A program made the translations under genes and the position numbers. Source: Macrostomum lignano (Eukaryota). From it: a DNA stretch of 64,000 nt. The DNA lies in contig NIVC01000068.1 in assembly GCA_002269645.1 (NCBI GenBank), positions 558,001 through 622,000 on the forward strand, given 5' to 3'. Positions 13,011 through 23,900 of this stretch are shown piece after piece. The notes beneath the pieces were generated by a model, which searched no databases, was not told the origin of the DNA, and saw nothing but the letters and a program-made list of their open reading frames with translations. Numbering within the stretch: the stretch's first letter is position 1; every line of letters begins with the position of its first letter.

Positions 13011-16000
13011 TTACTTCTCTTCATAGAACTTGTAGGTGGGATTCTCGTATCCGTTCATCTGCATGTTAGCCAGGTGCGGGTCGCCCAGACAGGCCTTCTC
13101 CGGGTGCACAGTTGGATAATTGTAAGGCGCATCGCAGCACATGGCAGTATTGCCGCACTGGGCTGCTGGTTTCTCTTCCTCATCAACCAGGGACAGCTTG
13201 TAGCCTTTGCCAGCGGGCGAGTTGGCGCCGTACACCATGCGGCAGATTCGTACAGTGACAAAGATCACTACTAGAGTGAGCAGGAAGGCCAGCACGCAGA
13301 AGATCACAACAAAGACTACGGATTTTTGAGAGTAGTCAGTCTCCGGCGAAGTGACGCCAGCTGATTTGACAGGCGGCAGGTGGAAGGAATCGTCATTGTC
13401 GTGACTGACGTGACCGCCTCGGTGCCTGTCTTTGATGCTGCTGGTGCTGGTGCCAGCGTCACGATGGGCCTGCGGCAGAAGCTCCTGATGGTGCTGTTGC
13501 TTGTGCCGGTGGTGGTGGTGCTGTTGCTTAGCCTTCTGTAGAATTCGAACGCTCTGCTCGTGGTACAGACGGAGCAGGTGGTCGAAGCGCTCGGCCAGTC
13601 TAGAATTGAGAATTCCAAGAATCCAACTGTTTGGTTCATTTAATTTGGTCCAACAAGCATCAATTTGGTCCATAGCGGCTCTACAGTTTCACCCCTAAAT
13701 TTTCATTTAGACATTTAGTCACAAGAAGTGGGAATGGAAGCAATGCTTTATTTGCAACTGCCGCGGAGAAGCAAGATTAGCCCCAGAATTGTGGACAATA
13801 TTCTAGACTGTGGAACGAACTACGAACGCTAAAGGCTTCTGATCGAAGCGGAGTTTTGACCATAGACAACAAGCAAAAAAGGACCTGCCAGCGAGGTCAG
13901 CAGGGCTTGGCCATAGACAACACTTTGCTAAGTAAAATCCTGTCCTGCCGGCGAGGTCAGCAGGGCTTGGCCATAGACAACACTTTGCTAAGTAAAATCC
14001 TGTCCTGCCGGCGAGGTCAGCAGGGCTTGGCCATAGACAACACTTTGCTAAGTAAAATCCTGTCCTGCCGGCGAGGTCAGCAGGACTTGGCCATAGACAA
14101 CACTTTGCTAAGCAAAATCCTGTCCTGCCGGCTAGGTCAGCAGGGCTTGGCCATAGACAACTTTGCTAAGCAAAACCCTGTCCTGCCGGCAAGGACAGCA
14201 GGGCTTGGCCATAGACAACACTTTGCTAAGCAAAATCCGGTCCTGCCGGCGAGGTCAGCAGGGCTTGGCCATAGACAACTTTGCTAAGCAAAACCCTGTC
14301 CTGCCGGCAAGGACAGCAGGGCTTGGCCATAGACAACACTTTGCTAAGCAAAATCCGGTCCTGCCGGCGAGGTCAGCAGGGGTCATTTACTGCGATGGTT
14401 CGGCGGCCGGCGGCTCCGAGGCTGGCGGGGCGGCCGCTGTGGTCACCATCGGAGACCCGGCAGTCCCGACGACCGTGGAAGCCTGCACGTCCGCTGGCAG
14501 CCGCTACACCAGCTCCTTTGAAGAGGAACTCCGCGCTCTGGTCCTAGCCCTCGACTACCTCCGCTCGCACCCCACGCGCCCTGCCATCATCTGCTCTGAC
14601 AGTCAGTCTCTTCTGCGCGCCCTTCAGCGTCCCTTCAGCCGCCTGGCCTCTTCCCTCCGCTTCCCGCACAACTGCCGCGCTCTCCTGTGGGTCCCGGGTC
14701 ATGTCGGCATTCCGGGCAATGAACTCGCGGACCGCGCTGCTAACTCCGCTGCCGCCAACGCCGATGAAGCACCGCGCCCCAGCATCAGTTTTCCCACTGC
14801 CGCCTCGGTGATCCGCCGCACTCTGGTTGACAAGCCGGTCACCCACGCGAGATCTCGTCTCACCTATGCCTCCGCTGACGCCGAAAAGGAACGTCGGCTT
14901 ATTACTAACCGCAAAGACGCTGTCCTTCTTGCCCGGCTGCGCTCCGGCCACTCCAGCCTCTTCGGAGCCTTCCGCGCCCTCATGGACCCCACGGTGGATC
15001 CGACGTGCCAAAGGTGCTTCCTCGAACCAGACACCCTTGAGCACTGGACAGCGTGCCCTGCTCTCGAGGCCGCCCGCCGTCGCTTCATTGGAGCTCCGCT
15101 CTCCCTCAGCAACTTGTCCGATTACCCTGATGGTTTGGTCGCGCTGGCCAGGTTCTGCATGGATCCTGGGCGCGTTTGGGCCAACTAACAACAACAACAA
15201 CAACAACAACAGGTCAGCAGGGCTTGGCTATATCAAAATCCGGTCCAAGCAAAATTTGTTATTGTGGAAATTCGCCTTAACCATACTACCTACTGAAAGT
15301 AATGTACCGGAGAAATCTTAATTAAAAAACGAGTAAAAAATGAAGCTTATATTTTATAACTGGAGCTCAGCTGGGCACGCACGCGCACAATTTTATTGCC
15401 TTTCATTTCTACCCCCCCCCCTAGCCATGGAGAGCCATAAATGCGAGCAGGCAATAAATGCGTATTACTGTAATACCTTGGCGGATAGGCAGAGCCGGCA
15501 GAATCCCCAGCAGCAGCATCAGAAGAAGCCTTCGCCTCAGCCAGAAGTTTATCAGCCTTTTTCAGCACGTTCTCATAGCGGGCAAGAATGCCGGACACAA
15601 CGGACAAGTCCACTAGGCGTCGCAGAGCAGCGTCGGCACCGGAGGTCGACAGATCGGTGCGCAGGTTGTCGGCGTGACGGCGCAGAGTGGCCAGGTGGGC
15701 GTGGCCGATGCGCGACGACAGGCGGTTGGCCCGGTTGGCCAGGCGGACAATCTGGAGGGGCGGGGGGAGGGTACCAGATCTAGAGCCGCTGTCTACCATT
15801 GAGTCTACCATCTTAATCTACACCTAATCTACCATCTCAACCTCACTAATCTACCATCTCAACCTCCCTAATCTACCATCTCAACCTCACTAATCTACCA
15901 TCTCAAACTCCCTAATCTACCATCTCAACCTCACTAATCTACCATCTCAACCTCACTAATCTACCATCTCAGCATCCCTAATCTACTATCTCAACCTCCC

Positions 16001-18667
16001 TAATCTACCATCTCAACCTCCCTAATCTACAATCTCAAACTCGCTAATCTACCATCTCAACCTCGCTAATCTACCATCTCAACCTCGCTAATCTACCATC
16101 TCAACCTCCCTAATCTACCATCTCAACCTCACTAATCTACCATCTAAAAGATAAGGGAAGGGGAATGGTGCTGAGATGCCAAGACTTGAGACAGTTTAGT
16201 GCCTTAGAAACGCCACTCTCAGCGTACGTGTACATGATTAACAGTAAGTCAAACCTCTTTAGTAATGAGAGCGGCTAGCCGAGCGAAATATCTCTTAGCC
16301 GATTTGGCATTCTTCTCAGAAATCGATTCAGCTAGCAATCGTTTCACGTGGTTCAGCTTGCCAACAAACAGCAGGTTGACCCGCTGCTGGTGCACCGAGT
16401 CGAGCTGATCGTGCTCGGCCTCCTCCTCGCGTTGCACAGACAGAAACGAGCGTCGGAACTGTTTCTCAACTTCGTCTAGGAGTCGCTGGGCGCTCTCCGG
16501 GTCGCGAGGCGACAGGCGAAGGATACGAGACTCGGCCTCCTGCAGCTCCTTGACCATGGCGCTCTCGCGAATCGCCTGCGAATTTTAAAAGAATTGACAT
16601 CGACATCAACTGAGATCGATCTGGATGACTTATGGATTCTGGATTTGTTTCTTCGTCTTGCCTGGCCTGCTTTGACCTTTCTGTTTTGACCCCTTTGACC
16701 TCCCTGTCTTGTCCCTTTTGACCTTCCTGTCTTGACCTCTTTGACCTCACTGTCTTGACCCCTTTGACCTCCTGTCTTGTCCCCTTTGACCTCACTGTCT
16801 TGACCCCTTTGACCTCTCTGTCTTGACCCCTTTGACCATTGACCTCCCTGTCTTGACCCCTTTGACCTCCCTATCTTGACCTCTTTGACCTCCTTGTCTT
16901 GTCCTCTCTAATCTCCCTGTCTTGACAGCTGATCTTTCTGATATTTGACCTTCCTGTCACGCAGTTTTCTCTTTGACCCACCTGATGATGCTGAAGGCCG
17001 CGTTTAGCGCCCAGGAATCGCTCGTGCTCGGAGTGTCCGGACTCGGTCGGCACGGTCAGGTAGCGCTGGTAGCGAGCTTCATCGGCGTCTTTGCCAAGGC
17101 CGAGCAGATCGGACGGCGACTGCAGTTCCATGGGCTTCGAATTTATGGCCGTGGCGGCGGCGTAGGCAGCCGCTTTGGCGTTGGCAATGCCCTTGTCGAT
17201 GGCTTTTTTCTCGGCAACTTTGCGCGGCGGATCCACCTTAGCCGGGCTGACCTCGATGACGGGCTGCCGGGGGTGGGGTGGGGTGCTTATTAGGGTAGGA
17301 AGGAGTGTACATTGGGGTAAGGAATTCTAGGCTAGCAGTGAGTGTACAGTGGGGTAAGGAATTCTAGGCTAGCAGTGAGTGTACATTGGGATAAGGAATT
17401 AACGGCTAGCAGTGAGTGTACATTGGGGTAAGGAATTAACGGCTAGCAGTGAGTGTACAGTGGGGTAAGGAATTCTAGGCTAGCAGTGAGTGTACAGTGG
17501 GGTAAGGAATTCTAGGCTAGCAGTGAGTGTACATTGGGGTAAGGAATTCTAGGCTAGCAGTGAGTGTACATTGGGGTAAGGAATTCTAGGCTAGCAGTGA
17601 GTGTACAGTGGGGTAAGGAATTCTAGGCTAGCAGTGAGTGTACATTGGGGTAAGGAATTCTAGGCTAGCAGTGAGTGTACAGTGGGGTAAGGAATTCTAG
17701 GCTAGCAGTGAGTGTACATTGGGGTAAGGAATTCTAGGCTAGCAGTGAGTGTACATTGGGGTAAGGAATTCTAGGCTAGCAGTGAGTGTACAGTGGGGTA
17801 AGGAATTCTAGGCTAGCAGTGAGTGTACATTGGGGTAAGGAATTCTAGGCTAGCAGTGAGTGTCATTGGGGTAAGGAATTCATAGATGCGAATCCAAGAA
17901 ACTCCGACAGCCGCTGTGTGTAGAGTTTTTGTACAAAATCTAAAAAAACAAACTCGTTTTGAGTCTAATTTTACCTCAGGGCAGCAGACAAACTCCACGG
18001 CGGCAAAGTAGCCAGCGCTCAGCATCCGATTGCAGGGTCGCAGCGGTGCGTACCGATCCAAATGCCATTTTCCAGGCAGCTTGATATTGGCGCAATAGTC
18101 CTTAGCAACTGTACGCCAATAGGCGTATTGCTGGCAGTTCTCGGTGTCGCTAGAGTTGTGCTTGAACTCGCAGCCGCGCGGAACCAGCAGCGAGGGGCTC
18201 TGGAACGGGCCGGACAGGCACTCGAACGGGCGGACATTCAGAATCGGACAGGGTTGGCCAGCCTTACGCCGATGCGAGTTGTCAAGCGGGCACCAGTTGG
18301 GGAATGCTTCGTGCTCCACAGCCGGCTCCACGTTCACGATCCGCTGACCAGGGTAGGCGCGCCGGCACAGATCACGGATGGCGTCAGCGTCGCTTTCCGA
18401 CGCCGGACAGCTGTTGGCGCCGGGGATCTGGCGCCATTCTCCGGCGCTCTCCGACCAGGCCAAGGCGGCGCGTCGGTGCCCGTCGGAGCAGGCGACGGCA
18501 ACTCGGCCGCGAAATCCGTCGGCGCTTGGCCCGCTTGTCGGCTGGGCTGTAGCGCCAGCAGTAGCCGCAACAGTGGTGGGCGATTTTGTTGGTGCCGTTT
18601 CCAGGGCAACCACCACATTGGCAATCATGAGAGTCAGTGACAGCAGCAGAGGCGCGCGATGAGCCAT
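13011..18667 (-). CDS. APP: Amyloid precursor protein-like (APP/Appl/APL-1 family); exons 18667-17975, 17263-16982, 16575-16255, 15751-15477, 13599-13011; about 719 aa
   Basis: Signal peptide; Cys-rich E1 (RPFECL, SLLVPRGCEF, VEFVCCP); helical E2 (HSEHERF, HQQRV); TM VVFVVIFCVLAFLLTLVVIFVTV; C-terminal GYENPTYKFYE; phases 0,0,0,2 consistent. Confidence 0.92.
13855..14381. repeat. About 60-bp minisatellite (GGCCATAGACAACACTTTGCTAAG...GGTCAGCAGGGCTT), APP intron 4
   Basis: About 9 tandem copies; last unit interrupted by a retrotransposon insertion. Confidence 0.93.
14382..15210 (+). mobile_element. 5'-truncated non-LTR retrotransposon (RNase H + C-terminal zinc knuckle, (AAC)8 tail)
   Basis: YCDGS, EEELRAL, CSDSQS, WVPGHVGIPGNELAD, CQRC...H...C; 12-bp TSD AGGTCAGCAGGG at 14370-14381 and 15211-15222. 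Confidence 0.92.
15810..16145. repeat. 21-bp minisatellite (CTAATCTACCATCTCAACCTC), APP intron 3
   Basis: About 16 tandem units. Confidence 0.93.
16670..16960. repeat. About 23-bp minisatellite (TTGACCCCTTTGACCTCCCTGTC), APP intron 2
   Basis: Tandem units visible. Confidence 0.88.
17300..17880. repeat. 36-bp minisatellite (GCTAGCAGTGAGTGTACATTGGGGTAAGGAATTCTAG-like), APP intron 1
   Basis: About 16 near-perfect copies; shares GAGTGTACATTGGGG with the 4.5 and 6 kb arrays. Confidence 0.95.
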
Positions 18668-18811
18668 GTTGCTTTTCTTGTTTGCTGAGTTTCTCAGAAG
18701 ATGGAGTCAAACTTTTAGACGAATAGGTAATCAATAAAACGGTGGCTGGCTTTTCTGCATAAATTAATTTTCGGATTTTTGTTGCTGAAAATTGCTTTAA
18801 AACTGACTTAC

Positions 18812-19870
18812 AGGAGACAGTGAGAGAGGGAGATGGGAGACGAGAGACAGTGAGAGAGGGAGATGGGAGAGGAGAGACAGTGAGAGAGGGAGATGGGAGA
18901 GGAAAGACAGTGAGAGGGAGAGATGAGAGAAGAGACAGTGAGAAAGGGAGATGGGAGAGGAGACAGTGAGAAAGGGAGATGGGAGAGGAGAGACAGTGAG
19001 AAAGGGAGATGGGAGACGAGAGACAGTGAGAGGGAGAGATGAGAGAAGAGACAGTGAGAAAGGGAGATGGGAGAGGAGAGACAGTGAGAAAGGGAGATGG
19101 GAGAGGAGAGACAGTGAGAAAGGGAGATGGGAGAGGAGACAGTGAGAAAGGGAGATGGGAGAGGAGAGACAGTGAGAAAGGGAGATGGGAGACGAGAGAC
19201 AGTGAGAGGGAGAGATGAGAGAAGAGACAGTGAGAAAGGGAGATGGGAGAGGAGAGACAGTGAGAAAGGGAGATGGGAGAGGAGAGACAGTGAGAAAGGG
19301 AGATGGGAGATGAGAGACAGTGAGAGGGAGAGATGAGAGAAGAGACAGTGAGAAAGGGAGATGGGAGAGGAGAGACAGTGAGAGAGGGAGATGGGAGAGG
19401 AGAGACAGTGAGAGAGGGAGATGGGAGACGAGAGACAGTGAGAGAGGGAGATGGGAGAAGAGACAGTGAGAAAGGGAGATGGGAGAGGAGAGACAGTGAG
19501 AAAGGGAGATGGGAGAGGAGAGACAGTGAGAAAGGGAGATGGGAGAGAAGAACAGTGATAGGGAGAGATAGTGAGAGAGGGAGATAGTGAGAAAGGGAGA
19601 TGGGACGGTGAGAGGGAGAGATGAGAGAAGAGACAGTGTGAGAGGGAGATGCGAGACAGTGAGAGGGGGAGATGGAAGGGGGCAGAGAGAGGGAGATGGG
19701 AGAAGAGAGACAGTGAGAGGGAGAGATGAGAGAAGAGACAATGAGAGAGTGAGATGGGAGAGGAGACACTGTGAGAGGGGAGATCAGAGAAAAGGAGAGG
19801 TGAGGCGAGGAGAGGAGACAGTGAGGGATATGAGGAGAGTGATAGAGTGAGATGAGACAGTAGCAGTAAG
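18812..19870. repeat. 28-bp purine-rich minisatellite (GAGACAGTGAGAAAGGGAGATGGGAGAG)
   Basis: About 35 units between FMO and APP; source of the S/L/P/H-rich ORFs. Confidence 0.95.
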
Positions 19871-20444
19871 ACTGAGAAACAAGATAGTATGAATAGGACG
19901 GACAAGAGTCAAGAGAAAAGTCTGAAGACTACTGTATGTCTTGCATGTAGGACTGTTGGGTGTACAATATAATTAAATTTGCTATTAACACAAATATTAT
20001 ATTCACTATATTATATTATTAAATGAATATATATTAAATTATATTCAATTTAAGACCATGAAAGAAAACAAAATAAAATAGACAATCTATTAATGATAAA
20101 TCTAATTGGATTTCTTAACAAATAGTTTAATTTAATCGTAGGATGCTGGCAGATTTCAATCATAATTTTAAAGCACCTATGAAACAATAATTAGATAACA
20201 AACTAATTAAAAGCTCTCAGGAACACACCGGACATTGAGCAAATTTGAAAACTATTATAATCAATAAATCATGTATTTATTATATGCTACATATCCCATA
20301 TACTAAAAATCTCTCTCTAAACTGCATGATAAGCGCATGTGTCAAAACTTTATGTCTTATGTATGAATTGATAAAATCGTTTCGGAAATCAAAGTGTAAG
20401 AATTTGACTTTTCATTGATGCGAAAATCTAGATCCCGAAATCTC

Positions 20445-20960
20445 ACCGTATGACAGAGCATCTCTGTTCATCTCACCCTAGATCTCATCCCATGAGACAG
20501 CATCTCCGTTCATTTCACCCTAGATCTCATCCGATGAGACAGCATCTCCGTTCATCCCACCCTAGATCTCACCCTATGAGACAGTATCTCTGTTCATCTC
20601 ACCATAGATCTCACCCCTGAGTCAGTATCTCCCTTCATGTCACCCTAGATCTCACCCCTGAGTCAGTATCTCCCTTCATCTCACCCTAGATCTCACCCCT
20701 ATGAAACAGTATCTCTGTTCATCTCAACCTTAAACTCACCGCATGAGACAGTATTCGAATATCTCCGTTCATCTCACCCTAGATCTCACCCTATGAGACA
20801 GTATTTCTGTTTATGTCAATCCAAATCTCACCCTATGAGACAGTATTTCTATTTATGTCAATCCAAATCTCACCCCATAAGACAGTATCTGTTAATCTCA
20901 ACCTAAAACTCACTGCATGAGACAGTATCTCAGCTCATCTCACCCTAAATCTCACCCCTG
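20445..20960. repeat. About 41-bp minisatellite (GAGACAGTATCTC...TTCATCTCACCCTAGATCTCACCC)
   Basis: About 12 diverged copies directly 3' of the FMO stop. Confidence 0.88.
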
Positions 20961-20991
20961 CTCAGCACTCTCAGCATCATTCAAGCAGCAG

Positions 20992-23900
20992 TCAACGCCA
21001 CAGCAGAGCAAGCACTGCCAGCAGCACTCCAGCAATCGCCACTAAACAGAGGATGCTGCCAAACGATCCATTAGCGCTAGGAGCCGGCGGCAGCGGCCTA
21101 GTAGCTAGCGGGGCTCGAACCCGGTCCCACACGTTGAGAATAGCCTCCCTGGCGCCCGGCCAAGCGTGCGGACCGTCCAGCCGATAGTGATAGGGCAGGC
21201 AGGGACCGAACCAAACACTGCTGGCTAATCGGGGATCGCTGAGCCACAGGCGCAGCATATTGGGTCTGGCGCCAAACTGTTCGTGAATTTCGTCCATGTA
21301 GGGAACCCAGTCCACCTGGAATGCGGGCAGTTATAATTGTTACTCAACATATCGGTGAGAAATCAGAGAATACGAATGGAATTCTTCAATATACACAACT
21401 GAGTTTTTACACTACATATCGGTGGCATTAAGGGTAGCTCGAGAAAGAAATGGCTTTTTTCAATGCATAAAGCCTTTTACGCTACATATCGGCGACATTA
21501 ACGGAAGCTCGAAGAGAAATGATTTTTCCAATGCATAAAGATTTATACGCTACATATCGGTGAGAAATTAATTTTATGAAGAACGGCTTTTTAATTTAAG
21601 AAAATTGTTACACTACATATCGGCAAAATTCGAAAAGAAGATGGATGAATTTATTCACTTTAGAAAGATTATTACCCTATATCAGCAAAATTTGAAGGAG
21701 TCAAAATATGAACTACTTTCTTTAATGCATAAAGATTTTTACGCTACATATCGGCCAAAGCCTAAGGTAACTTCTGTGCAGTGTCAATAATAAATAACAC
21801 CTATTTACCTGAATAGTATGCCTCGGACTTTTCACATATCGACTAGCCATAGCCGTTCGCTTAGCTTCCACATCCGCTAGCATAGCTTCGGCAGTTGGCA
21901 GCGGTGCCATGCCTTTGAACACCTGGACGGCCCATCTGGCCTGACCCTCAGAGATCGGGTGCAGAGCGCCAAGCGGTTGCACGTAGCCAATAAAAGCCAG
22001 GGTTGACCGTTCCAGTTTGGGCGGAAACACGTACTTGTACAGGTCCAGCCTGTTGTCAACTACCGAAATCACATCTTCCGGCAGGAATGGGAACGAGAAT
22101 TTGTAACCGGTGGCAACGATCACAACGTCCAGATTGTCCTCGACGGTGCCGTCAACGAATTCGCAGCCTGTGGCTGGAAAGTGCAAGTCAATTAGGTTGA
22201 GAAGTCGTGCTTTAATATTCGGGTAGCAGCCCCCCCCCCATTGGAGGATCTGAGAAGAACAGAAAGTTTTAGGCCTGAGATTTCTAACGAAAGACCTAAG
22301 AAGAAAAAACATTCGCTTATAAACTAGTAAGGCTACAAAGGCTACATAACTGATTACACCTGCCCTAATGGGCAGATGTGCAACCGACAGCTCAGCCGCA
22401 GCTATTTACGCGGCGCATCTGAAGGCTGCGTACGGCTGTTCAGTCCAAGGACTGGGGGGTCGCCACACACCCTCAATTACCCAGCTAATGCTGGCACCCA
22501 TTTTACAGCTGGGTGAACTGAAGCAATGCAGAGTTAAGTGTCTTGCTCAAGGGAAACAACTTGTTCCGGGTGGGTCGAAAATCGAACCCCGACCTTTCAG
22601 TTGTGGGTCCGACGCTCTAACCACTAGACTAGAACCCTCTCAGCAATTTTTAAACTAAAAAACTTTAAAGCTTTCAGAATCGTCTCAAACGCGTCTCAGA
22701 GTATCTAAAATGCATCTCAGAGTGTCTCAAATGCATCTCAGAGTGTCTCAGAATGCATCTCAGAGTGTCTCAAACGCATCTCAGAGTATCTAAAATGCAT
22801 CTCAGAGTGTCTCAAATGCATCTCAGAGTGACTCAAATGCATCTCAGAGTGTCTCAAATGCATCTCAGAGTGTCTCAAATGCATCTCAGAAGTATCTCAA
22901 AATGCATCTCAGAGTGTCTCAAATGCATCTCAGAGTGTCTCAAATGCATCCCAGAGTGTCTCAAATGCATCTCAGAGTGTCTCAAATGCATCTCAAAGTG
23001 TCTCAAATGCATCTCAGAAGTATCTCAAAATGCATCTCAGAGTGTCTCAAATGCATCCCAAAGTGTCTCAAATGCATCTCCGAAGTATCTCAAAATGCAT
23101 CTTAAAGTGTCTCAAATGCATCTCAGAGTGTCTCAAATGCATCTCAGAGTGTATCAAATGCATCTCAGAGTGTCTCACTTGTGTCTAAGCTACCCCAAAT
23201 ATATTTTATGAATACAAGCCATTTCACTAACCTGTGAACTGTTTAACATCGGTTTTCACTTTAACAGAGCCACAGATAATTCTATTTGGCAAATCGTCAT
23301 TAACCGTAGGATGCGCGGCCATAGGCTCGTGCTCGGGCTCCAGTGAGTACAGCCGGTGATCAATCACGTGATTAATATCGCTACGCATTTTGGCGTTAAC
23401 CAATGACTGCGGCAAAGAGTAGGCTAGTTTCATTAACCAGCGCCTGGTTATCACCAAGTCAATTGGCAAGCCATTGTCTAGGATTCGTTTGAATAGCCAG
23501 GTGCCTCGGCGAGTGCTTAACAACACCTGTTTGTACAGAGAGGATGTTGGTGCTATAGATACAATGCACTAACCAAACACCAGTGGGTAAGTATAAGGAG
23601 AGGGTCAGAGAGGGTGTCAGAGAGAGTGAGAAGGGGTTTCAGAGAGGGTGAGAAGAGGTCAGAGAGGGTGAGGGGGGTCAGAGGGTGAGGGGGTAAGTGG
23701 GTGGGAGAGGGGGCCAGTGAGGCTGAGAGAGGGTCAGAGAGGGTCAGAGAGGGGTCAGAGGGTGAGTGGGTAAGTGGGTGGGAGAGGGGGCCAGTGAGGC
23801 TGAGAGAGGGTCAGAGAGGGTGAGAGGGGGTCAGAGGGTGAGGGGGTAAGAGGGTGGGAGAGGGGGCCAGTGAGGTTGAGAGAGGGTCAGAGAGGGTGAG

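Noticed and set aside
13600-13680. Alternative APP exon-5 acceptor at 13680 / ATG at 13673
   Set aside because: 13637-13676 matches 49750-49789 (38/40, inverted), so it is a dispersed repeat fragment; the acceptor at 13599 has a better pyrimidine tract
18384-19905. 461/365/314-aa S/L/P/H-rich ORFs
   Set aside because: Products of the 28-bp minisatellite
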